Below are positions 11,601 to 26,444 of a DNA stretch of 64,000 nt, piece by piece (the first letter of the stretch is position 1; every line of letters starts with the position of its first letter). A model generated the notes under the pieces. That model was not told the DNA's origin and did no database searches. It saw only the letters and a program-made list of their open reading frames with translations. Source of the DNA: Macrostomum hystrix (lineage: Eukaryota; Animalia; Platyhelminthes). The stretch spans positions 1,054,001 through 1,118,000 of the forward strand of contig CATNEN010000011.1 in NCBI GenBank assembly GCA_950097015.1, given 5' to 3'. A program made the translations under genes and the position numbers.

Positions 11601-14600
11601 AATTCAAGAATCTAATCTCACCTGCCTAATTTAATCTGGGATCTAATCTCACCTGCCTAATTTAATCAAGAATCTAATCTCACCTGCCTAATTGAACCTG
11701 GGATCTAATCTCACCTGCCTAATTTAATCTGGAATCTAATCTCACCTGTTTAATTGAATCTGGAATCTAATCTCACCTGCCTAATTGAATCCGGAATCTA
11801 ATCTCACCTGTTTAATTGAATCTGGAATCTAATCTCACCTGCCTAATTGACTCTGGAATCTAATCTCACCTGCCTAATTGACTCTGGAATCTAATCTCAC
11901 CTGTTTAACTGAATCTGGAATCTAATCTCACCTGCCTAATTGAATCTGGAATCTAATCTCACCCGCCCAATTGAATCTGGAATCTAATCTCACCTGCCTA
12001 ATTTAATCAAGAATCTAATCTCACCTGCCTAATTTAATCTGGGATCTAATCTCACCTGCCTAATTTAATCAAGAATCTAATCTCACCTGCATAATTAAAT
12101 CTGGAATCTAATCTTACCTGCCTAATTTAATCAAGAATCTAATCTCACCTGCCTAATTTAATCTGGGATCTAATCTCACCTGCCTAATTTAATCAAGAAT
12201 CTAATCTCACCTGCCTAATTGAACCTGGGATCTAATCTCACCTGCCTAATTTAATCTGGAATCTAATCTCACCTGTTTAATTGAATCTGGAATCTAATCT
12301 CACCTGCCTAATTGAATCCGGAATCTAATCTCACCTGTTTAATTGAATCTGGAATCTAATCTCACCTGCCTAATTGACTCTGGAATCTAATCTCACCTGC
12401 CTAATTGACTCTGGAATCTAATCTCACCTGTTTAACTGAATCTGGAATCTAATCTCACCTGCCTAATTGAATCTGGAATCTAATCTCACCCGCCCAATTG
12501 ATCTGGAATCTAATCTCACCTGCCTAATTGAATCTGGAATATAATCTCACCCGCCCAATTGAATCTGGAATCTAATCTCATCTGCCTAATTGAATCTGGA
12601 ATCTAATCTCACCTGTTTAATTGAATCTGGAATCTAATCTCACTTGCTTAATTGAATCTGGAATCTAATCTACCTGTCTAATTTAATCTTGAATCTAATC
12701 TCACCTGTTTACAAAAATTATGAGCAGCTAACACAAAAATTACACTTTATGAACTATGAGCAAACAATAAAAATAAATCGTTTAGCTGGTAACGAAAGTA
12801 CATTAAATGTTAACGAAATAGGTTTAAAATATGGTTTCAAAGCTGTTGCATGCAGTCATATAAAATCACTTGCTTATTATTTAGTTAAAAATAAAAATCG
12901 AGCATGTTAAAATTGCAAACAAGTTTTACTACTTGTTAGTAGCAATAAAAGCACGCAATTAGATTTCTTCAAGACACGAGTTATTGCACTTGTTAATAAG
13001 TAACGAAAAGTTATTAACTAACTGAAAATGTTTTTATTTCAACAAAAATAAAACAGGGTTATGAAAACCCGGTTTGCATATCCTAACACACACACAGATC
13101 ATTTCTGTGGATTTTCCTATCCATACCGATGAAACCATTGGCGATGAGTTACTGGTTGGGATTCTTTGAATACCAACCGACGGTGGTATCAGCATTGACC
13201 GGCGATTTGATGCTGGCGGCACTGCAGGTAGCTGCTGCTGCTGCTGCTGCTGTTGTTGGGTCTTTTTAGCAATCGTTTTAAAGGTATTGGTTTCAAAATC
13301 AACATTTAATGATAGGCTATTCAAAAAAAGAAATTTATTCTATGTAGCTACGAGACTAATGAAACAACAGTCACTTAATTTATTTAACTAATGTGAAAGC
13401 TCTAGCTATTCATTATAGTTCTTTTTGTATAATTTAGTTAGGGCTAGCATCCACTCTATTCATCAATATTAGTGGCATAGTCTAGTAATCAATTTTATTA
13501 TTTCATCCAACGGGGATAGTTTAGCAATCCATTCAATTAATTTGTCTAATGGGACTAGCAACCTATTAATCGAGGGGCGAGTGGGTCAGCGGCTAACGTC
13601 GCTGCCTCGCACTCCAAAGGACGCTAGTTCGATTCACCCTTCAAGTCACGATTAATTTCGGGGCTTGTTGGGAGGTTTGGACAGTAGCGACCGGCGGAGG
13701 TGCACCATATTTCGTGCAATCAATCAATAGCTTCGCTCCTACCTTTCTATGTGCCTGTTCTGCGTTGTGTGAGTTGTGTGCGTTGGCGCTGGGGCGTGAG
13801 ACCTTGCGGGGGGTGGCTGGAGGGCGGGTGTACACCGCCGCGCGCTCTCTGGACTTCCGTCAGCGCGATTGGATAAGTGTACACTCATCACCCGGCCCCC
13901 CTGAGGACTGATTTCTTATCAGCCTTCCGCCCCGGCTTGGTCTGCTCTGTGCGTGTGGGGCTGGGGTGGGGGACACTGCTGCCTATTCTGGGTGCCTCCT
14001 GCCCTCCCCGGCTGGTCTGTGCTGCTGTGTGTGGTGCCTGCTCAGGGGAGGCGGCGCGATGGGCGCAAAAGCGCCTAGTTCGCCGGTCTGGGGGTGTGCC
14101 ACTCCGTCGCTTGTGCGACAAGTGCCCCGGGCCCCCCTGCAAATAGATAGATAGATAGAGAACCTATTAATCAGTTTAATGACGTGAGTTGAATTACGTA
14201 ATAAATATAGAATCAATAAGGGATATCAAAATGACAATTCAAAGAAATCAAAGTCTACTTATTCAGAAGTATTGCATTAAAAACAACACTTATAAAACAA
14301 TAGTCATTTATAACAAAGTAGCAAATTATGATTGACAATACTGACTTTAAACAAGACTAAATTTATCTAAAGGGATTGGCGAAATGTATTAAATCAAATT
14401 AATCGACTAAAACAGTTTTTTTTTACCTTTTGACGCGGCGCTGTGGGTTCCTGTCAGTGAGTGGTACGCAACACAATGGATTAAGTGAGAAATTTATGAA
14501 AATATCCATTTATAATAACTGAACTTTTAGTAAAGTGCGCCATTACACAAAAGGAAAGCACCAGTAAAAAGCTCCGATAAGCATTTGATATTGAAAGTCA

Positions 14601-15546
14601 AAGAAATACGAAATGCTCGTATATTATATATCACTTAATTTTAATATTCTGACTTTATAAAAGAATACAAAAACTTTGTCCTTATTTCCATATAAACTTA
14701 TTCACTACACTACTACGAATATAGATTATTGAAAATATTCAGAGTTTCATAAAAATCTATACCAGTTACACTTATTGACTTTCATTCATTTTTTCCTTAG
14801 TGACCCTACTAGCAGTAGAAATGCAAGAAAAAGTAGGCTGATTTAAAATAATTTTCCAAATGACACTACTAGCAGTAGAAATGCAAGAAAAATTATGCTG
14901 ACTTAAAATTGTTTTCCAAAAGACACTACTAGCAGTAGAAATGCAAGAAAAAGCCATCGGATATTTATTTTAAATCCTCACCAGTGAGACTCGTCGAGTC
15001 TGCGTCGGTGGCTCAACAGTCAGGGTGGAACCTCCAGCCTCCTGATCGTCGATGAGGCTCTCCCGACTGCGGTGCAAAGATTCGCGACTCTTTGACACAG
15101 CCAGGCTAGTTGGCTTCTTCAAACCGGACGGCGCCGTTGGTGCGACAATTTTTGTCGTCGACGTCGGAGCTGCAGCTGCGGCAGCTAGTTTTGACGGAGT
15201 GCCGCTTATAGCTGGTTTGGGATCCGATAGCAGAGTGAGCTGAAGTGCAAGTTAAAATTTAGTTTTCAAACCTATTCGATAACTTAACCACACAGAACAA
15301 GAGCATGTAACAGCTTACCTGAGTCTGCCTAACAAACAGTCCGTGATTCTCCGGACAGGTGAAGTAGCGCTTGCCATTCACCGAGCCGTCATTTTTACCC
15401 TGCGGCTCGTCTAGCGCCACGCCGACCCATTTGCCGGAGGAGAACTGGGTTGTCCCAACGAAGGCCACTGTGCCGCGCAGGTTTTTACCTGTGATTTCCA
15501 CCTGGGAGCCAACTTTCACATTTGGTCCGGGTGCTGGCGAAGCCAT
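2634..15546 (-). CDS. DCTN1: Dynactin subunit 1 (p150Glued), 14 inferred exons, ~1340 aa
   Basis: N-terminal CAP-Gly domain with GKNDG motif, plus DCTN1-typical segments ([36 protein letters not shown]-terminal ..[10 protein letters not shown]). Exons: 15319-15546, 14982-15239, 14427-14450, 13127-~13249 (acceptor uncertain), 10858-11177, 10020-10192, 8894-9132, 8295-8591, 7120-7725, 6452-6752, 5537-6036, 4402-4690, 3211-3647, 2634-2855. Phases are mutually consistent. Confidence 0.95.
2975..3180. repeat. Minisatellite, 15-bp unit (last DCTN1 intron)
   Basis: Unit CTGTCAGATAAAAGC and variants. Confidence 0.9.
3795..4395. repeat. Minisatellite, ~25-bp unit (DCTN1 intron)
   Basis: Unit AATCCCAACCTGTTGATCCCAAATG; starts at the donor of exon 4402-4690. 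Confidence 0.95.
5215..5422 (-). repeat. Dispersed repeat family C, copy in a DCTN1 intron
   Basis: The reverse complement aligns with 41918-42110 (GAGAAATTCGCGTCAGGGTGTCCAT; CCGTCTAGATAAAGGTAGGTGACGACAGAAGACGGAGATGA). Confidence 0.8.
6055..6380. repeat. Purine-rich low-complexity array (DCTN1 intron)
   Basis: GATAGAGATG-type units. Confidence 0.85.
7790..8220. repeat. Minisatellite, 23-bp unit (DCTN1 intron); same family recurs at ~10460-10750
   Basis: Unit GAGGACCTGAAGTATTTAGGAGT. Confidence 0.92.
10290..10830. repeat. Composite array of the 23-bp family interleaved with GATTCGAACTCCAGACCTC units
   Basis: Repeated GAGGCCCTGAAGTATTTAGG and TGAGATTCGAACTCCAGACCTCT. Confidence 0.8.
11320..12710. 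repeat. Minisatellite, 31-bp unit, ~45 copies (DCTN1 intron)
   Basis: Unit CTAATCTCACCTGCCTAATTGAATCTGGAAT. Confidence 0.95.
13572..14160 (+). mobile_element. tRNA-derived SINE (family B), ~590 bp, in a DCTN1 intron
   Basis: A-box-like (TGGGTCAGCGG) and B-box-like (AGTTCGATTCA) head, GC-rich body, (TAGA)n tail, and a perfect 12-bp TSD AACCTATTAATC at 13560-13571 and 14161-14172. Confidence 0.85.
14790..14952. repeat. Tandem repeat, 60-bp unit, ~2.7 copies
   Basis: GACACTACTAGCAGTAGAAATGCAAGAAAA recurs every 60 bp. Confidence 0.85.
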
Positions 15547-15721
15547 GCGTGAGTAGGGCTGAGCTGAGCTCTGAGCTGGAAATTCAGTGGATTTAACGGC
15601 TGCGATTGATTTTTATCGGGGGTTGAGTCATTGACTTGGGATTCCAGCGGGGAGAGATAACTGGGAGAAAATTTGAGAGTGGCGTTGGGAGTTGACTATA
15701 TGGGCGACTGATTGTAGAGTG

Positions 15722-16035
15722 TAAGGATCTGGGAGCTTAACGATTAAAGTCTGAGGATCTGGGAGAGTGGCGAATTCAATCTGAGGATCTGGGAGAGTGA
15801 CTACTTTAGTCTGAGGATCTGGGAGAGTGACTACTTCAGTCTGAGGATCTAGGAGAGTGACTACTTCAGTCTGAGGATCTGGGAGAGTGACTACTTCAGT
15901 CTGAGGATCTGGGAGAGTGACTACTTCAGTCTGAGGATCTTAGAGACTGACTGTTAAATCTGAGGATCCTAGAGATTGACTGTTAAATCTGAGGATCCTA
16001 GAGACTGACTGTTAAATCTGAGGATCTAGGAGACA
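15722..16035. repeat. Minisatellite, ~30-bp unit, between EARS2 and DCTN1
   Basis: Unit GTCTGAGGATCTGGGAGAGTGACTACTTCA. Confidence 0.9.
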
Positions 16036-16372
16036 GGCCATTTGGTTAGGAGATCAAGGGCAAATAATCCTAGGGACCAGATAACGAAGCACTTAACTTC
16101 ACTCTTGTGCCGATTCTGATATAAAAGAAGAAATCAGAATATATAAAATAAAATTTTAAGTCTAAGTACAGGTGCTACCAGAAAAGTCTACCAGAATAGT
16201 ATGTATATGCTACTACAAGTAACATAATATAGAATTTGAAAAGTCACACATTAAAAATCATCAAAGCATTAACCAGTTCATCATTTCACAAAGATAAGAA
16301 TAAAATGCAATCATAGTTTTACATTCTAATCATAGGCCTCTAATAATAGCACAACATCCGGGACTGAAAGGA

Positions 16373-19930
<3,558 letters not shown>

Positions 19931-20649
19931 CAATAAAATCCAGTCCTTAGCTAAATATTATCTTGTATATTATATTATCTACACTTGAAAGCTTTTGAAG
20001 CAAAAAAATAGAACAATACAAGTTGTATAATTAGCGAAGGTAAAAACCAGCTGCATTTAGACACGAATGTAATATTTTGTGACAACTACAGAAAACAGCA
20101 ACACATTTCTATTATTAATTGATCGATTGATTTTATTGCTTTTTAATAACAAATTATGAATAAGTAAAATGAAGATGCATACGAAAAACTTGTATTTCTT
20201 TGGCTTAGTTAAACTAAAACAATGAAAATTACTAATAAAAAGCTACTTTACAAACTACTTACAAGTAGTACAATATACACTAGTAAAAATTAAATCGATG
20301 CATTACCAACGTCAATTAAATGGATCAATAAAATAATTGACAATAAAAACCTGTTTAGGAAATTAAATACACAAAGCATGTAAATTAAGAAAAAAACTAA
20401 TAAAATTCATGTCACAAGTTGAAAACCAGTTATGAAATGTACTTTTGCAAGTTCGGTAATTTTTTTCTTAAATAAAGGCCATCAGCGAAAACATCGACGA
20501 GAAGTTTTGTTGAATTCATATTATAAAATAACTGCAAATATAGTTATAATTTTACTACGATAAGAAATTGAGTAATTTCAGGTAGGCATTTTTAATAGCT
20601 AGTTTTCGCACATTAAATATGTGTAGTTAGCTTGACAATATTCGGTTAA

Positions 20650-22114
20650 TTACAAACGCTTCAAAGCTTTCTTAGTTTTACTTTTGGCTGCCGTATTGGC
20701 ACCGTTGCCGCCGGTGCCTGCGCCCGCCGAGCTAGCCGAGCCAGAGGAAGCCGACGCTGGGCTGGCCTTCTTCGGGTTACCGCCGGATTGACCGACAAGG
20801 CTGCCATTGTCGTTTGAGTCCTTCAGGCTGGCGATGGGATAGTTGCTTTGTGGGTCAGTCTGGGGATCTGGTAGGTTAGTGGGTCTGGTTGGTTAAGTGG
20901 GATGTGATTGGTTAAGTGGGATCTGGTAGGTTAGTTAGATCTGGTAGGTTAGTGGGATGTGATTGGTTAAGTGGGATCTGGTAGGTTAGTGGGATGTGAT
21001 TGGTTAAGTGGGATTTGGTAGGTTAGTTAGATCTGGTAGGTTAGTGGGATCTGGTTGGTTAGTGAGATCTGGTAGGTTAGTAGGATCTAGTAGGTCAGTG
21101 GGATCTGGTAGGATAGTGGGATCTGGTAGGTTATAGTGGATCTGGTAGGTTATAGTGGATCTGGTAAGTTAAGTGGGATCTGGTTGGTTAAGTGGGATCT
21201 AGTAGGTTAGAAGATCAGGTAGGGTTTAGTGGGTCAGTTTGAGGATCAGGTAGGATGGTGGGATCTGGTAGGTTATAGTGGATCTGGTAGGTTATAGTGG
21301 ATCTGGTAGGGTATAGTGGATCTGGTAGGTTCGTGGGATATAGTAGGTTCGTGGGATATAGTAGGTTCGTGGGATATAGTAGGTTGGTGGGATATAGTAG
21401 GTTGGTGGGATCTAATAGGTTAGTTGGATCTAATAGGTTAGTGGGATCTGGTAGGTTAGTGGGATCTGGTTGGTTAGTGGGATCTGGTAGGTTAGTTGGA
21501 TCTGGTAGGATAGTGGGATCTGGTAGGATAGTGGGATATAGTAGGTTAGTGGGATCTGGTTAAAATATCAAAATAGCTAAATCAGTGGGATCTGACAATC
21601 AGGGAGAGACAAAAGCAGCTCACATTGTGCCAGACTCGCCATCTGGGCACTTCAGCGCGTGAATCTCAGTGTACAATTGAGCCCTGGCAAAGTACTCAGA
21701 GTATTCTTCTAGCAGCAAGCGACCGGCATCTTCATTTAGTGCAGACTCGGGATTCGGCACAATCAGCAAGCATTTGATGACAAGTAGGAGTTTTTTTAGC
21801 CCGGTATCCGGTGTCCAGTCTCTTTTAAGCGTATTGACGCAAATCTCACCAGACTGTGGCGCAATATTGGGATGAAAGATTTTTGTGATAAAATATCCCT
21901 TTGGCGGCTCGGCCGGATAATTTGGTCCCAGTTGCAGTTTGATGTGAAAACTGCCGCCAGCATAGGGTGTATCAACTGGGCCGTCGATGTAGGCCTGAAT
22001 GTCAGTCAGATTGGCCTCATTAAACACTATGCGAATACCCTCTGGCGGCTGCATTAGCAGCTCCTTAACCTCCTTTGACAGCTGTCGAACAACTGACGGT
22101 TGACAATTCTCCAT
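20650..22114 (-). CDS. UBE2S: Ubiquitin-conjugating enzyme E2 S, ~228 aa
   Basis: UBC core ([43 protein letters not shown]) and a basic C-terminal tail [11 protein letters not shown]. Exons 21624-22114 and ~20650-20845. Confidence 0.93.
20865..21560. repeat. Minisatellite, 18-20-bp unit (UBE2S intron)
   Basis: Unit GTGGGATCTGGTAGGTTA. Confidence 0.92.
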
Positions 22115-23352
22115 GAAGTTTGAAGGCTGGGTTGATAGAATCAAAATAATGCAGGATAACTGGTGAGCTGAAAAAATAAGTAATAAATTATATACTATAC
22201 TCGCTATGACTTTGCAACTTAGATGCTCAATGATATCTATTCACCAATAAATCTTTACATAATTAGAGACAAAAAACTGACTTTTAACACAGCAACTGGT
22301 TTGCTGTGTTAAAATATAATTAGTAGAAAATACCCGAATTGCAAAAACAAAGAATAAAAATTGTCATGTCCAAAAAAACTTTGAACCTATAGTCAGGATT
22401 GTGTCAAGTGCATGGGAAATTTTAGCACTCATTTGTGACCATTCGATACATAACAATAATTATTTTTATAAGACAATATGTAACTATTGTAATCTATAAG
22501 AGTCTATAGGCATAGTGTCAAATTTGTATTTGTATGAGGGTTTCTAGACAGTCATTTTATAACTTCATTAAAACTTTAGCTTTTGACACATTGCCATCAA
22601 ACAAATAAAATAGGACCAGTGTATTGTGACACTGTTTGGCCTAGAAATGCAGCAATGTCATACTCATGTTATACTCAATGTCTGCAAAACTGATTTAAAA
22701 CCAAGTTTTCTAAGAAATGTGGTCACTAAAGTTACAATCAATGTCAATACACAGCAGCTGGAACAAAGTTTGACTATTGGGTGTATGCAGCTCCTGTCAA
22801 GCACTAGCTAGTTGCTCACAGACAAAAGTTATTAATTATGTAGTAAAATTCATTTCTATGAAAAATGAAATGTAAACTAAACCTAAAAATTGTGAACAGA
22901 TCAAATCTGAAAGTTTTTTTAAAATCCTAAAAAAATTATATTTTTCCTATTGGAAATTGGAAAAAGTTGACAAATCGTGTCTAACCATCCATCACTGTCA
23001 CATTTTCAGACTTTTTTGGTATAGCCTCACATTGCAGGGCATTGCCAGGATGTCGCGCCACAGTGCAGTGCCTTGTCGCAGGGTGGGAGGGTACATTTCT
23101 TTCTTATAACTTTTCTTATTGCTTTTCTTTTTTATAAAGCATAGTTAGTTGGTTAGGTTATTATAGCATTTTGTGTCTCATTGTGCTTTAGCTTCATTTT
23201 TGACACCCGTGTTGCCGAAGGTTTTTGACATTTATTCCAACAGGGTATATTTTAAATTACTAAATGTAAGGCATTTCTCATATTGACTACATGGTACTGA
23301 CTTTATCACCCCCAACAGACAGCTGTCCCCACTCTAAGAGCAATACCAAAAT

Positions 23353-23653
23353 GGCAGTTGTTATTTGTCCGGTTAACTGGACAAATAGCCATTTGATTAT
23401 TCGTCTGGTTAACCGAGTTATAGGCCTAACTTATAACTAAGTGTTATAAGGGGTTGAAGCGCTACCACGAGAACCTCTATCATTTATAAGATAAAATAAT
23501 TAACAAGATGCAAAAGGACAGTCATTCAGATTTGAAGTTGGCTCTCAGCAGTGCAAGAGTGGTCTTTAGGAGGATCGTTGCTCCTACTCGTTGAAAAGGG
23601 AGAAATTAAGTCCTTGGGTGGTTAACCTGTTAACCGGACAAATAACAACTACC
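23353..23653. mobile_element. Mutator-like MITE, 301 bp
   Basis: TIR GG(C/T)AGTTGTTATTTGTCCGGTTAAC, with a 22-bp perfect core at 23356-23377 and 23629-23650, and a 9-bp TSD TACCAAAAT at 23344-23352 and 23654-23662. Confidence 0.85.
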
Positions 23654-25469
23654 TACCAAAATTTGTATACAAATAGACTTAGTCTAGCTTTCAGAAAATG
23701 CTGCTCCTGAAAAAATGTTCTGTGGTAGTGTGTGATGTGGCCCATGGAGAGCTCTAGGAAGAATGGAGTCTATGTCTAGCTAGGCCTATAGACTATAGTT
23801 AGGCCCTATAGAATATACTGTACAGTATATTCCTTAATATCTTTCTATAGCCTAGTCTATAGAAGTAGGGGCCTATAGATTGAATAAGACAGACAGTTGG
23901 AACAGATAGGGCCTACCTAGTCCTAATTGAGTATAGGCCCTATATCCAGTGAGAGCAATATAGGGAGAAAACCTTGTCATATGCACTAAGAAACTTACTC
24001 ATACAATTAGAGGCTATATTCAACCTACAAAAGGCTTAAGCATGAGCAGTTGGGCGTCGATGTTAGAATTCAAGCAGTAGGCCTACAAGGCTTCAAAATG
24101 GAGGCTTTAGCCTATTCTAAATAAAAAATGTGCATCCAGAATGTTGCACCCAGAAGTCTAATGCTTTTACTTGTTGTGATAACACAGTTCACCCTATGTT
24201 TAGGCATGTAGGGCATGAATGAGTCAGAATGACTAAGACTTTTGAATTGTATCGACTCCACAATCGATGTGCATTGATTAGTGATAACATAGCTTACTGT
24301 TCGAATACTGCAAAAGTATTATGTGATTTAGTTGAAACAAAATGACTGTAATATTTTGAATAGAAATGTCACGAATATGTGTCAGAGAACGATTAGGCCT
24401 AGGCCTACTGTTACACAAGGTCCTTGCTGTTACATCGTTGACTGCCAACTGGCGGCTACAAGCTACATCCACAAGACGTTTTCTAATAAAAATAACTCGA
24501 AATAGTATAAACAAAAGCAACGAAGTACTCAGGAACATCCTGCATCTCAAACAAGCTTGCTAGCCAATACGAATACAACACAACCAAAGCCATTAATATC
24601 AATATTTGTTAAAGAGTATGTTTATTCTCAATTTTCTTATCCTTTTTATAGAAAAATTATCTTCAAGAGATGAAATTACTCTTTTATAGAAAGTTCGCAT
24701 CGATTTTTTTATTTTTCGTATTTGTCGTTCTCTGCTCAAATTTATTTGCTCACTTTATATCTTTATTAGACACGAGACCGCATACCAGTGTTTTTTTAAT
24801 TAAGCATTTCCATTTAACCTCCGACAACTTATAATATTTTACTTTAAATCGATTAGTAGAGTACTGTGTTAAAAATCCAAGAACAAAAGCGTTGCCTTAC
24901 ATGTGCGAAGCCATGTGATCATCTTAAGTCTTAACTGCCACGTTCTAGAATTGATTTTCTTAGCTCGAAATTTCACTCATACTCCAGTACTCCTATATAG
25001 CAAAAAAAGAATTATTTCAATCTCTAACAGATCGCCATATCTTTTCATGTTATATTATAGCGAATAACAAAAGACAAACTGAAAATATCAATCAGAAATA
25101 ATTTTTTCCAAAAAATGATAACAAAAGTAGTTTATATATTTTAAATATAAAAAGAACATTAAAAGTAACACTTTTTCAAAGATCACTTTATATTCACCGT
25201 ATATTAAAGCGGAAACCGCTAAAATAGATGCAGAAGCTAAGCGCTATAGTCTTTCAGAGAGCTGAAGGGAGCAAATATGGGAAGCAAATTAATAAACAAC
25301 ATTCGAACGTATACAACAGGCAAACGTATCTCTCTGGATAAAAGTTCACAGATGCAGTGGATTCAGCTTTACAAAGCCAATTAACTGTGTCACTGTGATG
25401 TATATCACCTTGAAATGCCATTGATTTGCAATCTAATTGTCTTCAATGATCAAGGCCAGCAATACAGCA

Positions 25470-26309
25470 TCAAGCAAGTCGATCCACAAACTGCAGCAGT
25501 TTATCCAGAATGGCCAACATAGCTTCGGTGTTAGCCACATCTGTACTATTAACGAGGCGCTGCCTATAAAACTCCAGCCTATCCAGAGCGGCTAAACGAA
25601 GATTTGAGCGCATTTTATGAATATCGTCGGCGCCAGATCCGTTGCCGATAGCGCCTGACGCTGGCACCGTCGGATTCGCCGGCTCAGCAGTAGAAGTGGC
25701 GGAAGCTGCGGCAGCGGCAGCAGCAGCGGCAGCGGCAGCGGCAGACGCCTCCCTGACGTGTGCGCGGGCTGCCAGATCAGACTGGGCCGGGTCGTCTTTG
25801 CTAACATCGGATTCCAATTCGCGACAGGCGATGCAATAGGTGCCGGATGTGGCTGGCACCTCTAATAAGATGGTGCCGCAGTCGGGACAGATACTATCCA
25901 ACATCTTCCAGCCCTGGTTGTCATGGAAACGGGGGTAAACTATCATGAAGAGAGAGCGAGAAGAAAGACAGAGAGAAAGACAGGGAGAGACAGACGGAGA
26001 GACAAGCGAGAGACAAGGAGAGACAGAGGGAGAGATGTGAGAGACAGGAGAGAGACAGGAGAGAGACAGAGGGAGAGGTATGTGGCAATAAGCAAGTAAT
26101 TACAGACAAAGCCACACCTTAAGCAAATACTCGCCCATGCGTTTGGAAATTTTGTCCGAACGCTCCCGACGCGCTTTTAACACCTTCAGCTCAGCCTCCG
26201 AAGGCGGACGATATTCGTCGTCGTAGTCGTCTTCGTAGCCTTCGACGTCATTGCCCTGGCTGGCAGCTACCTGGTCCCGCAGTAGGGAGCGAAAACTCTG
26301 AGTGGTCAT
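25470..26309 (-). CDS. ZNRD2: SSSCA1/ZNRD2-like zinc-ribbon protein, ~211 aa
   Basis: RRERSDKISKRMGEYLLK|GWKMLDSICPDCGTILL...YCIACRELESDVSKDDP matches the SSSCA1 N-terminal zinc ribbon. Exons 26118-26309 and 25470-25913, phase 0. Confidence 0.9.
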
Positions 26310-26444
26310 GAAGATTTAGAAAATGATAAAAGCTGAAATTGTTACATAAGCGATGTCGCATTAGCACAAAAATAAATAGATAAGAAAACTATACGGGTGT
26401 CAATTTTTTCCTTTTTGCAAGAGATACGCACTAGCGTATTGACC

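Noticed and set aside
13901-13928. Hammerhead-ribozyme-like CTGAGGA followed by a CTGAT/ATCAG hairpin in SINE B
   Set aside because: The required GAAA after stem II is absent (CCTT instead).
20865-21560. GGTTAG-containing array as interstitial telomeric repeat
   Set aside because: No true (TTAGGG)n runs; the unit is an 18-20-bp minisatellite.
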